Positions 51,243-63,926 of a stretch of DNA of 64,000 nucleotides are shown here, one piece after another. Source of the stretch: Callorhinchus milii (taxonomy: Eukaryota); contig NW_024704742.1 of NCBI RefSeq assembly GCF_018977255.1, positions 13,828,001-13,892,000 of the forward strand, written 5' to 3'. Positions within the stretch are counted from its first letter, which is position 1; each line of letters opens with the position of its first letter. Below the pieces are notes generated by a model, which was given only the letters and a program-made list of their open reading frames with translations, was not told the origin of the DNA and did not search any database. The position numbers were made by a program, and so were the translations under genes.

Positions 51243-53649
51243 AGGTATTCGTTATAAGATTATACAACTGCAGTTGTCCATTAGACAAGAGGCTTTTCCT
51301 CTACAGGCAGTGCATTTTTCCTAATAAATCGGAAGAAAGGACGTGGAGAGGGATGTTTTATTTGTTTAAAATCCAATAAAATGTGTCAAATTTAAGAAGT
51401 ATTATTGCTGAGACAAGTTTTCAATCAACTACACAATCTGACAACGCACTTGCAGGCTGCCCACACTATCTTGAATGGGATTAGTTTTAAGCATCACTGA
51501 ATAGGATTCAACTGCACTGGTCTAAACTTTGAGTTCTGACACTTGAAGACTAATTTATCAGCTGCTTGCATTTGGTTTTGATTTATTTTTGTTTTGCACC
51601 AATCTGCCAACCATATTCTGAAAGCCTTTTTTGCTGCTGCCAGTTACAATTTGCTATTTTATGGATCTTACTTACATACAAGATATTTTAATGCAATATT
51701 TGCCTTCCAGTCATATTACAGCAGACTGAGTTTCGGAATACCTCATATTATATGATTTGAACAACTCTATCTGGCATTAAGTTTTGCATTGGTGCCACAA
51801 TTCTGCACATTTCCATCGAATTAATATTACGTATTGTAAGTACGAAAGAACTAAAGCACAAATAGCAACGAATAAAACATACAACTTCTCAAGAACACAG
51901 TCTTTGTGATTGAACAGTTGAGAAGATACAGAAGTGACCTTGAGTGTGCAATAATACCCTCAGCCTTCAGCTTAAACATTATAAGTCACTATATGTCACT
52001 CTGATAGCCTTGAAATCAATAATTTACTACTATAACCTTCAAATGTTCAGGGACGTTTGTATAGTATAACATCCGCACATTGTGGCCCATTGAATAACAA
52101 TGCCTAATCGGCAAAATTACAGAAAGAATGAATAGTGCCCCAGTCGGGATGACTTTGTTTTCATGCATACTCCTGATTTCAGGGTAGAAGAATATATGGG
52201 CATGAATAACCATAATAATTGAACCAATAAAGGAGTTTCTATCACAAAAATACATCATGGAAGTAAAGGAAATTCAACTAAAACGTCATAAATAATTTAC
52301 TTCATTGTTAGAATGTAGTACAGATTGCCATGTTCACTGACAAATACACAGTCAATCCACTTTACAGTAAACCTGTGAAGCACTTTGAGACATCCTCTTG
52401 ATGTGAAAGACGCTATATCAAATGAAAGGATTATTATTTTTTATGATTATTATTATTTATAAGGTGATTTTATCCAGATAATATTGTGAACTTGTGGCAC
52501 TCAGTATGCAACCCAAGTTCTCTTCTGCACAAGTTCCATACACTCACTATTCCCATCCTAATCAGGCTCCATTGGCACCCGGCATCTCAGAGGATTGAGT
52601 TTAAAATTCTTGTCCTGGTATTCAATGTTCTCACTCCACCTTACCGTCATTCCTGTAACCTCTGATCTTCAAATACCCAGGAATCCATTAACCTCATTTG
52701 GTCTGAGACTGACTTGTAAAGATTGACTCTAGGTAGCAGACTGAGTTGCATTCATTGCAAACTTCTTTCCCAACCACTAACTGAAACATTTCTCCATGTG
52801 GATTTCTCAGCCTTCCTTTGAGAAAAAATGTAACAGCCTAATTTCTTATGGTTTTAATTTGTAAGTTGATATTTAATTGCATCAGTGTCATTGTTACTAG
52901 CAGCTACTTTAAAGACTGCTCCTGTTTCACAAAGTCCTATAAAATATAACTGTATACAAACAATTGAGTAGAATTATTAAAAACTAAGAATGGAGATATG
53001 AAGTTACAGGTATATCTGTTTCATTAAAGTAATTGAAGATATCACATAAATATCCTTATTGTCTTGGCAATGTAATCTTTCATTGATTTACTGTAAGATC
53101 AGGAAGGTTGGGCTTTGGCCAACAGTCTTGCATTGAATTACTTTTAGACAGTTTTATAGAGTGATTTACTCTTACTTTAAGTGCACTTTTGTGCATGTGG
53201 TCCCAGATTTCTGAATTGTGGACCTGCATAGTAGACTATTACAGCTCTTCTGTACATTTTTTGTTGCATGGTATCACAACACAAAAGATTGAATTGAGGT
53301 TATATGTGGAAGTCACCCAGCTCTGATCACAATATAACAGTAATCTCCAGATGTCCACTTGTCGATTCAGTTGGGAAACAAAAAGTCCTGCCAAGAATAT
53401 TTTTTAAAAGAAAATAAACAACAATAAAAATGAAACTATGCAGACTTGACATGAATAAATACCATGGGATATTTGTGCTCTAATCTGTGTAATTCGCCCG
53501 AAGCTAATGTTACTAATGGATTCATTTCTGGATTCTGTGAATTTCCATATTGTATCTATCCTCTGTTTATCCTGTCTAACCAAATTAAGATCTTATAATT
53601 GAAATGTAATGATCATGTTACTTCTTATAACTATTTGTTAAGGGTTACT

Positions 53650-54363
53650 GTGTAAAGGGACTTGGGTGTCCTTGTACACCAATCACAGAAAGTTAGTCTG
53701 CAGGTGCAGCAGCAATTAGGAAGGCGAATGGTATGTTAGCATTCATTATGAAAGGATTAGAGTATAAGAGTAGGGAAGTCTTGCTGCAACTGTATAGGGC
53801 CCTGGTGAGACCACACCTGGAATACTGTGTGCAGTTTTGGTCTCCTTATTTAAGGAAGGATGTACTTGCCTTGGAGGGGGTACAGCGTAGATTTACTCAA
53901 GGATGAAGGGGATGAGCTACGAGAATAGGCTGACCAATTTGGGCCTATATTCTCTAGAATATAGAAGAATTAGAGGGGATCTTAGAGAAACCTATAAGAT
54001 CATCAAAGGGTATGATAGGGTAGATAGTGGGAGATTGTTTCCCCTGGTTGGAGAAACTAAAACCAGGGGCCACAACCTTAAAATCAGAGGCAGCCCTTTC
54101 GCACTGAGTTGAGGAAGAACTTCTTCACTCAAAGGGTGGGGAATGTATGGAACTCACTACCCTAAAGGGCTGTTGACGCTCAGTCTTTAAACATATTCAA
54201 GACTGAGATAGATATATTTCTTATTGCAAAAGGGATTAAGGGATATGGGGATAAGGCAGGGTCAGGTTATTAGCTGGAGTTAGATTAGAAGATCAGTCAT
54301 AATTGAATGGCAGGGCAAGCTCGAAGGGCCGAATGGCCTACTCCTGTTCCTACATGTTATGTT
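53650..54363 (+). mobile_element. Relatively young CR1-clade LINE, 5'-truncated
   Basis: RDLGVLVH..LYRALVRPHLEYCVQFWSPY..YENRLTNLGLYSLEYRRIRGDL. 3' end gggccgaatggcctactcctgttcct. Confidence 0.93.
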
Positions 54364-54589
54364 AAATAAAGCTGAGAATACTAAACCTTACTCTTATTTA
54401 TACATTAACCCTTAACATTTGGTATCCTCAGAACACAGTAATTAAAGTGAATGTCTCAGTTAAAATTGATCCAATTATTGTTGGCATTGATATATTGAGC
54501 CACATTGAATTGCTGCCTATAGTTTCTGATACAATACAATGTGGTTCTTAGCAAGGTTCCTATCAGCAGTGAAAGGAATAAAACTTCAA

Positions 54590-54915
54590 ATGCCCATCAG
54601 CCCTGTCCTCGCCAGGCTGCACTGTCTCCCATATTATTTCCCAGCAGATTGACTTTAAATTCCTCACCCTCACCTTTCACACCCTCATAAGTACCTAGCT
54701 CTGTGATCTTTTCCTGCCTCATTCTTATGAGACCCCCTCCACTCCACAAACTCAGGCCTGCTAAATACATCCATTCCCATTTGCCCCACTATTGTCAGCT
54801 GTGCCTTCAGTCACTGTGCCACCCCCCTTCGCAACTCCACCCCTCAACTCCTCTATCTCAACCCCTCCATAATTTTGTTCAAAAGTTACCTGAAAACCTA
54901 TCTCTTTGACCATAT
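54590..54915 (+). mobile_element. Old L2 3' fragment
   Basis: cctgtcctcgccaggctgcactg (PVLARLH)...gattgactttaaattcctc...ctctttgacc. Confidence 0.7.
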
Positions 54916-54966
54916 ATATGCTATTTTGGGTGGCCTTAGGCGGCACGGGCTGCAGAGCAGGCACAA

Positions 54967-55286
54967 GGAGTCCTGTAGCTCAGTGGTTAGAGCACTCGCT
55001 TTGCAAGCGAGAGACCTGAATTCAATTCCAGGCAGGGCGAAACCTTGGGCAAGTTTCCTTACTCCACACGCCTAATAATAATCCCTCCAAAACCAAAAAC
55101 AATAATAAATTGGTCATTTTCAATCTACGACTGTTTGTGGGACATTGCTGTGTGCAATTGGCTGCTGCATTCGCCCTCAAAAAAGTCAATTCACTTTACA
55201 GTATATTCTGTGAAGCGCTTTGGGACATCTAGAAGACGTGAAAAGCGCTATACCAAATGCAAGGATTATTATTATTATTATTATTA
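54967..55286 (+). mobile_element. Full-length young tRNA SINE
   Basis: Near-identical to 505-826. Confidence 0.92.
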
Positions 55287-56355
55287 AGTTGGCCGAGTTA
55301 TGCTTATAAATTTGGTAGAAATATGTAGTATCCGTTTTCTTTGGGACATGCAAGCTTTCTCATTTTTCAAATATGCCATTTAGACTTTACTGTTGGTAAC
55401 ACTGGGTCAGTTTTTGCGGCAGCCATAGGGTATCAGACTTGTCCATAAGCATTGTCCAAAAGATTAATCTATAATGTATGTGATAAACAGCTGAACTTTA
55501 ATCTTTTGTTTGTTCTGAGGTTTAGAGGAATGGGGTTTGTTCAGGCAGATGACACATCTGAGCATTACATATATTATTCTCCACTATATTCAATGCTTGG
55601 AAGGTTAAAGAGCACATTCCTTCAAAATGTTTTGACTTCAAAGCAACCAATAATGCACTGTAAGAGACATTAAGACAAAGTGAAATTTAAGATTATCCTC
55701 AGAATAATATTAATAATATAATAACCCTCATATTGTTTAATATCCATGTGCCCTTCTACATTGAGATGATGTCTTGAAGCACTTGACAGGCTTTACTTCA
55801 AAGTTCAGTGACTGTGTATTTGTACGTGCAAAATGTCAATATTGGCAAATCTGGTGTAAAATCAGAAGTTCTGAACAGAAGACTGCAAAAGATTAATTGA
55901 TCAATATCAGGACAATTGTCAGCACTTGGCAGATTGCAATTTAGCGCTAAATACAATGCCTTTTATGCAATTCAGAGTATGAGATACTAAAATGATCTTT
56001 ATAATTCAATTTCCCATTGTAAACACATGGAGAAAAAGAACACCTTTCTTGTCAAGAATAATCCTTGCGTTTGATCTTGTGCCTTATCACGTCTTCGAGA
56101 CGCCTCAAAGCTCAGCACAGAATATACTGTAAAGTGAATTGACTGTATAACAGTCAACATAGAGTATCCCTATTTGACAGGATTCTTAGCTTTTCAGATT
56201 TTCTTACACCTGACCCTTAGACTCCAACTAAATCAGAAGCATCTTGAATTCATGTTGAAACTTGAGATTTATAAGTAGTCAGCTGATAAGAGAAAGATTT
56301 CTACAAGTTTACAGCAGAAATGCCTCCTAAAATGCACCCCACTGCTAACACAAAA

Positions 56356-56373
56356 TGCTCCACCTAGTGGTTC
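56356..56373 (-). promoter_or_regulatory. Candidate CTCF binding site
   Basis: Minus strand GAACCACTAGGTGGAGCA closely matches the CCAC(T/C)AG(G/A)TGGC(G/A)C core, in unique-looking sequence. Confidence 0.55.
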
Positions 56374-56619
56374 AGTCTAGAATTTACATAATTCTGCCAA
56401 GCAGGTCACTTAATTACTTTGGACCATAGTAACTGGTCAGGGTGATTCAAATCCAAGTTACATGAAGGAATCCTCATTTGTACCACTCAGATTCCTTGTT
56501 AAATAATCTTGTGAAGAAATACCACAAATTAGACTTACATAATGTGTACAATTGGATTGGGATTTTCCATTACAAAAATACATAACTAAGGTTGGTCAAT
56601 ATCTGACAAGTGGAGAATA

Positions 56620-56870
56620 CAATCATAGAACGTTACAGCAGAGAAAGAGCCCATTTGGCCCATTGTGCCCATGTCAGCTCTTTGAAAGAGCAATCCATTA
56701 ATGACATGTTCTCCTATTTTTGCTACAACCTCTTTTCTTTTTGTAGTATTTGTCTAGTTTCCTTTTAAAAACTTGATAGGTTTCTGCTTCAACCACCATT
56801 TATGGTAAGACATTCCAATGCCTTAATAACACTCTGCTTAAAAAGATATCCTCCGCTCCTCTCTCTTCAT
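56620..56870 (-). mobile_element. CR1 3' end
   Basis: atcatagaacgttacagcagagaaagagcccatttggccc is the reverse-complement CR1 terminus. Confidence 0.7.
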
Positions 56871-57337
56871 ATATTTCTGGGAAATCCTTGTTAAATTGCT
56901 AAAAGTACCACCTTATTCAGCAAGGGAAAGATGTTTCTATGCTGAAACGTTGACTAGAAAGTAGTGCAACTGACTGCCTAAACATGCCCTCATATCTTAT
57001 GTGATATGAGTGGCTATTTATGCTCTTTTGAATTCACTATGGCATTATGGGAAATAGTGCATCGGTAGTTCTGGACATATGTGTATGCGACTACGAGGAA
57101 GGTGGAAGGCAAACTAGATGAACCTTGATCTTTTTTCACCTAACATTTCTTATGTTCTTATATGTTCTTATGTATGGGTGAACAAGGCCCTTGGGCTCAT
57201 CTGATTTCATCCAACAGAACACCTATCTCCTGTCCCCCCATCATAGGATTATTTGTTTTTTAAATGAGTCCGGTGTCCTGGCCAACTTTCGTAGCAAGCT
57301 GTTCTATTCAACCATATTAGATGCCTGATGTGGATAA

Positions 57338-57575
57338 TATGGGGTATTCACAAAAGGATTAGCAAAGAGTGAATTCTACATGTACCTGGACCTGGCTCAC
57401 AACAGTCTGTCAGAACTCAGATATCAATCCAGTTTTCAACTTCTGTTCAACTGGATTCCGGCAAAAGTCTCAGCAGGAGATTGGTGTCCGACCAGAGTTT
57501 CAGCAGGTTACTGTGAGGGCCATCCAGGTACATACCGGATTCACTAATTGCTCAAATCCTTTTGCGAATCCCATA
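57338..57575. mobile_element. Palindromic MITE-like element with ~65-bp imperfect TIRs
   Basis: tatggggtattcacaaaaggattagcaa..agtgaatt..atgtacctgga versus the reverse complement of the right end tatgggattcgcaaaaggatttgagcaattagtgaatcc..atgtacctgga. Confidence 0.7.
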
Positions 57576-58794
57576 AATTACTCCAATACCCCGACCCCCA
57601 GCAAGATTAAGGATACGCACATTCCCAGGTCAGGCAGATAGTTGGGGACCAAATTTTCAACTGTCAAGAAAGCTTGAATTAATCTTAAAATGGAAATGTA
57701 TTTCACAACAGACAGCCAAAGACATGGCAGTGAAAAATACCTCCTCCCCTTAAGGGAAATTAAATTGAGAACAATGTTTAATTTCCATTTTGTGACTGGT
57801 GATGTAGTATGATTATAAAGCATGACCCTCCTATAATCCTGACAAAATTGCTTTCTTTTCAAATGTAGTGTTCACAGAATAAATGTCAATGACATGAACA
57901 GCAGCTGGTGAGGCTGCACAATCTCCTGCAAACAGAGCTTTGCTTGGACTGTAAAACATGTTGTGAAGGTCACATTGTGATTATTGAGACGCAAAGTGGA
58001 GTGAATAGAAATGAAACCTCGTACTTTTACTACTTATATTGTATGGGAAGGGTTGATTTGACTTGTTGTTTGTTTGCATTGAATTGATGCAGAAGGTTTA
58101 AGATCAGATTGATCTGATTCCAGGCGGCCATGCTCCCAAAACCTCATGAACCAGATCAATTCATCGGTTACAGCATGGACTTCACCCAAATTTGAACTAA
58201 ATTTTGAACTTTATAAAGAGTTGAAGGTGTATTCAGATTGTTCATTGAACCAGTTCTCAAATAACATTCAGAAAAAAGCTAACCACCATTTGGTGGAGTT
58301 AGTAGAGTTCTACCATGTACTTATCGAGCACAGCTCTGCACGATAAGCTCGATAAGGCAATGGTTGCTCCAGCTGTTATAAATGAGGTATAAGTCTATCA
58401 AAATAATTTGCTTGACTCTGAAGCCTGGCCCTCCATACATTCATGCATGCATTTTTATACTTTCAATGGAAGGCTTAGGCTCCTTCAAGTCTTCCCAGAC
58501 ATGCTTTTGAATTATTAAATTGTGCAGTTAGATGTCTGATTATATGATTTACTGAAAAATTGTAGAGGAATTAAATATTATTGATCAGATAGATAGATTT
58601 TACCATCAATTTTAAGGAGATTTAAGGAATGTTCCCTGAATATTAACCCAGGATCGGGTTTACGTAAGGGCAGGATCGGGCTCAATCAGGAATCCTCTCT
58701 TCACCACAATTGAAGAAGCCTGCTGACACTAGCAAAGCACACACATGATTAATGGTCACCTGTGTGAGGACCTGGAGGGCTACTTTAGAGATAA

Positions 58795-59132
58795 ATAATA
58801 ATATAATAATCCTTGCATTTGATATAGCACCTTATCACATCGTTGAGACGTCTCAAAGCGCTTCACAGAATATACTGTAAAGAGATTTGATTGTATATTT
58901 TGTGGGCGAAATGTGACAACCAATTGCGCACAGCAGTGTCCCACAAACAGTCATGGATTGAGTGACCAAATAATAATTTTTATTTGGAGGGATTATTATG
59001 CCCAGAAAAGGGATCCGCCAATCGACTAACAACTGGATTCCTACTTACTGCTAGGTAAACAGAGGCATGTGGAGTAAGGAAACCTGCCCAATGTTTCGCC
59101 CTGCCTGGGAATCGAACCCAGGTCCTCTCGCT
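58795..59132 (-). mobile_element. tRNA SINE, long variant (head partly lost)
   Basis: B box GTTCGATTCC, CORE-like segment with ~60 extra bp, Deu-like domain and tail. Confidence 0.9.
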
Positions 59133-59269
59133 ACATTTCGATTTAGTTTACAGTATATTTTGTGAAGCGCTTTGAGATGTCTCAAAACATGATAAGGCCC
59201 TACATCAAATTCAAAGATTATTACTATGTTTCAACGGGCACTCTTTTCCATATCTTGCAGCTGATATTA

Positions 59270-59600
59270 TAATAATAAATAATAATCCTTACATTTGATA
59301 TAGAGCATTTCATGTCAGGAGGATGTCTCAAAGTGATTCACGGAAAATTCTGCAAAGTGTAGGCGAACATAGCAAACAATTTGCACACAGCAATGTCCCA
59401 CAAACAGCCATGAAGTAAATGTCTAATTTTCTCTAGGAGAATGTTGGCCAAGATACCAGAAAAAAAACTCCCTTCTGCTTTTGAATAGCGACACCATAAA
59501 TCTTTAACTTGAACAGAATATCGGCCCTCGGTTAAACATCTCATGCAAAGGACAACACCTGCACATAGCGCTCTCCCAGCACTGCACTGGAGCATCAGCT
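59270..59600 (-). mobile_element. SacSINE1-like DeuSINE, 3' three-quarters
   Basis: Reverse complement of tail, Deu domain and ggccctcggttaaacatctc. Confidence 0.8.
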
Positions 59601-61769
59601 TACGTTTGTCATGTCACTAACGGATGTGTTAATTATCTAGTTTAGATCCAAATTGACTTTGAATGGTGTTCAACTTTGTGTTCTTTTATGTGTTGTGCCA
59701 GATAATGTTTAATGAAATACACATGCTGCAGTGATGTTGTTCTATAATTTAAATTTGGATTCTTGTTATTTTGGTTAATTGCATTCCTGTATCATGTTAC
59801 TGAATGTTTGAACATTAAACTGTTTAAATCAATGTAACTGAATATAAGCTTCATTAAGAGCAGCTTACTGTCTTGATATCCTTGTGAGGGATGTCAGCCT
59901 GTACTAATACTACTGCACTCAACCAATATTGAGCTGGAAAATATTGGAAGTATCTGTTGTAAATATAGGTCTTGTCTACCAATGACAACAAAAATCAATC
60001 AGAAAAAGTAACCCTGCTCTCAACAACAACAACAGCAGAATGCTCTCCTATCTAATGTTCTCCAAAGAAATCCTTCAAAAGCAATCTAGTAATCAATCTC
60101 ATTGGGAAAAAATGTCTTTATTCTAACCTATCGTTCACCTACAAAAACACACAGTCACTACACTTTACTGTATATCCTGTGAAGGCGCTTTGACAAATTT
60201 TAACATGAGAGATGCTATCTATAACAAATGTAAGGATTAATAATAGTGTTTCTCCAACACGCCTGTATTGGCCATTGGGTAAGCAATAATGGGGTGAAAT
60301 TACGATGTTGTGTTCTGTTAATGGACAACAACGGTGACTTTTGATAGTTGATACATCAATTACTCCACAGATGTGATCTGCCTCCCTTCACCATGACTAC
60401 GCAATAATCATACCGAAATGTTGAAATTACGCTGAAACACATATTGGACTTGTGTCGCATGGATCATGGCATGCATTGCCGGTTAGAAGCTTTATTAAAG
60501 GAAAAAGGTAAAGCCAGTATCCCTTTGATTGTCAATTTAATGTTGTGTGATCTGTATACTGGAAGGCCAATGCATGGCAGCTCACATTACTTCATCATTT
60601 AGTGAAATTAATAGTTTGCTGATCTGGTTCTCAGGAATCCTGGAAAATGTTGACTCCTGCTTGTACACCTTTTACATGCACCATGTATCATGGTAGGTTT
60701 GAAATTTTCTTTGTGAGTTTGGTCAGACTGACAAAAGATTCAGTAAATGTGCCTGCAACAAATGTAATTTTTCTCAGAAGCACTTTGGATGGTTACCGCT
60801 TCCCAGGATACTCATAAGTAACACTGATCTGAATAGCTTCTTATTTGAAAACCGTTTGGATTTTGTTTGAGATGAAAGTGCACACCATATGATTTGTTCT
60901 ATTTCACTGAGAGGTGAAAATTGCAATATATCTTAAGAGATTTGGGGGTAGAAATTCCAACTGGGTCTAGATTTGCTCTAAAAACATACACTTTCAGAAT
61001 GTCTGGGATTTATCAAATTCTGAAACACAGTCCTTATTTTGAAGCCATCCTCCCAGTCAACCTCCCACCCACACCTTCCTTGTCCTCCACCCACTTGATT
61101 GCAATCCCCAGCTTGGTTGCAAATTATTGACTGCCCAGTCAATAATAATAATAAATAATAAATAAATCTTTGCATTTGATATAATGCCTTATCACTTCTT
61201 CGAGACATCTCATAGAAAATACTATAAAATTGACCATATTTTTGTGGAATGTCCTCCTGATGTAAAAGGAGCGATATAAATGTGATTTGTTGTTTGTTGT
61301 TAATGCACCTTATCCCTCTGCCCAGTGTATCTCCTGAAGGAAGATTCTGCAAAGTTTTTTCCTAGTTTTAAAAGTAATCAAGCAAAACTCTACAAGAACA
61401 GCCTAAATTTAAATCCACATTAATCATCTCTGACTGACAGCTTTCTGTTTCGTGACACATCTATGCTCCAGGCATCTTAGGAACAGTCATATTCTACAAA
61501 GTACCTCATCATCACTATCTATACTTATCTTCATTATCTTCAGTCCAGTTCCTAAGCAGATATTTATCCAGCTCTTTTTTTCCCCTCAAGATGTTAATTG
61601 GCATTGACAATCGGTTGTAAATGTGCATGTCGGAAAAGCAGAAATGATGCCTTAGCTCTGGAAAACGTGTCTCTGCATCTGAAGTGAGTGAAATTAAGAA
61701 TTGAGATGTGACAAAGGCATGGACCAGAGTTTCAGAGGCTTTTGGGGGAGAGCTTACCTTACCCCCTCC

Positions 61770-62145
61770 CCCTCTTTCTGTTACCAGAAGAGTTATCTTC
61801 TGTTATCATTACAATCATCACCCAAGACACTCTTTGTCTCTCTTGGTGTGTTGCCTGTTCTGCACTATTAACACCTCTTCTCCCCAGTTTTGTTTCAACC
61901 CAGCACCCACTTTTGTTTTACACCACTATCACCTCTTTAACCCATAAGCTAACACATTCTCCCCTTTGTCTTTTTTTTTGTCTTATTTGTCTTCCATGTC
62001 CTGTTTCCCCCTCTCAACATGCCTCAGTTCTGATGAAGGATCGTGGACCTGAAATGTTGACTCACTTTCTTTTCTCCATGGATGCTGCCTGACCTGCTGA
62101 GCTTTCCCAGCTCTCTCTGTTTCTGTTCCAGCTTTACAGTTCTCT
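61770..62145 (+). mobile_element. Penelope-like element, longest copy; hammerhead at 62026-62062 with a C>T change
   Basis: Homologous to the reverse complement of 2690-3020. Motif AGTT-CTGATGA-AGGATC-GTG-GACCT-GAAA-TGTT-GACT. Confidence 0.72.
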
Positions 62146-62169
62146 GGGACACAACTTGGAATGCTCCAC

Positions 62170-62455
62170 AACAATTATTATTCCACAATAATAATCCGTC
62201 CAAAAAAAAACAATAATAAATTGGTCATTTTCAATCTACGACTGTTTGTGGGACATTGCTATGCGCAATTGGCTGCCACGTTCGCCCACAAATATACAGT
62301 CAATTCACTTTACAGTGTGTTCTGCGAAGCGCTTTGGGATGTCCTCCCAACGTGAAAAGCGCTATATCAAATGCAAGGATTATTATTATTATTATATTCT
62401 GTGAAGCACTTTGAGACATCTAGAAAGATGTGAAAAGCCTATATCAAATGCAATA
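62170..62455 (+). mobile_element. 5'-truncated SINE plus a second tandem tail
   Basis: Deu-like domain and tail to ~62395. Second tail atattctgtgaagcact...atcaaatgcaa. Confidence 0.88.
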
Positions 62456-62609
62456 ATATTATTATATTAATAATATTAATAATAATAATTATAATAATAT
62501 ATTAATAATTATAATAATATATTAATAATATTAATAATATTATTATAATATTAATAATATTATTATAATATTAATAATATTATTATAATATTAATAATAT
62601 TATTATTAA
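62452..62609. repeat. 158-bp pure A/T palindromic tandem repeat
   Basis: No G or C. Later part has 20-bp period TTAATAATATTATTATAATA. Confidence 0.92.
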
Positions 62610-62880
62610 CTTCATGGCTCTCTGTGTGAAGAAATGTTTCCTGACCTCAGGTTTAACTCTCTTAGTTCTGACTTTAAGGCAATGTCTCCTCGTAATGGAT
62701 TTCTCTACCAAAGAGAATAGTCATCATTATCTAACCTATTAATTCTTTTCATTATTTTAAATACCTCAATCAAATCTTCCTTATCCTCTGCTCTAAGGAA
62801 TATAATCCAGTCTATGTAGCCTCTCATCATAGCTAAACCCCTTCAGCTCAGTTAATAATCTAGTGAGCATATATTATCCA
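62610..62880 (-). mobile_element. CR1 fragment
   Basis: tgtgtgaagaaatgtttcctgac...ccagtctatgtagcctctcatcatagct (YDERLHRLD on minus). Confidence 0.75.
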
Positions 62881-63072
62881 TGTCTATCAGCATTGTAAAG
62901 AATAATGTCCTCTCTCAAACTTATTTCCTCTATCAAAAGATTTTATTTCCATCGATATCTTTTTATAAAATGTCTCTTTTGTTTCTCTAAGTCTTCCCCA
63001 ACTTCTCAATGCAATTGTACAGTACAATTATACAATAGGCTATTGTATGCCTATTGCCTATTGTATAATTGC

Positions 63073-63926
63073 CATTCAGGAACCTTGGTGTTCTGTTCGA
63101 CCCTGAGCTGTCCTTTCTTCCTCATATCCGCGCCACAACTGGCACCGCCTTCCAACACCTCCGAAATATTGCCAGACTACGGCACTACCTCACCCCTCAC
63201 GCTGCTGAAACTCTGGTCCACGCCTTTATCATCTCAAGGCTGGACTATGGGAACTCTCTCCTCACCGGCCTTCCCGGCACCTCCCTCCACAAGCTGCAGG
63301 TCATTCAGAACTCTGCAGCTCGTGTACTGTCCCGCACCAGGCTTCGCGACCACATCACTCCCACCCTCGCTCGCCTCCACTGGCTCCCATCCCCCAGAGG
63401 ATCGAATTCAAGATCCTCATCCTCACCTACAAGGCCATTCACGGCCTTGCTCCCTCCTACCTCTCCAACCTACTATCCCCCTACCTACCTGCTCGTACCC
63501 TCCATTCCTCTGGCTCCGGTCTGCTCCACATCCCCCGCCCCAACGGCCCTACCATCGGTGGTCTGGCCTTCAGCCTCTCAGCCCCCAGGCTCTGGAACTC
63601 TATCCCCCAGTGCCTTCGCCGCCTCCTCCCTTTCCTCCTTCAAGGCCGGTCTCAATACCTTTCTCTTTGACCGTGCCTTCAGCTCCCCTCTTGACTCTCT
63701 ACCCCCTCCTCGCTCCCTCCCTTCCCTCCCCTCACCCTGACCATTTCCCCCCTCCTCGCTCCCTCCCTTCCCTCCCCTCACCCTGACCATTTCCCCCCTC
63801 CTCGCTCCCTCCCTTCCCTCCCCTCACCCTGACCATTTCCCCCCTGCTCGGGTCCTGCTGTACAGCGCCTTGGGACGTCCTCCCGACGTGAAAGGCGCTC
63901 TATAAATGGAATTTTGTTGTTGTTGT
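63073..63926 (+). mobile_element. Young L2-clade LINE, 5'-truncated (ORF2 C-terminus, 3' UTR, (TTG)n tail)
   Basis: RNLGVLFDPELSF..HAFIISRLDYGNSLL..QNSAARVL..HITPTLARLHWLP. One frameshift at ~63390 (continues QRIEFKILILTYK). CpGs retained. Confidence 0.95.

Noticed and set aside
56925..56960. GAAACGTTGACT half-hammerhead
   Set aside because: Lacks the CTGANGA core and stem II; at best a very decayed relic.
62905..63786. 293-aa ORF, the longest in the window
   Set aside because: An alternative frame across unique flank, junction filler and the L2 fragment; the true L2 ORF2 frame is 63069 onward and is frameshifted.
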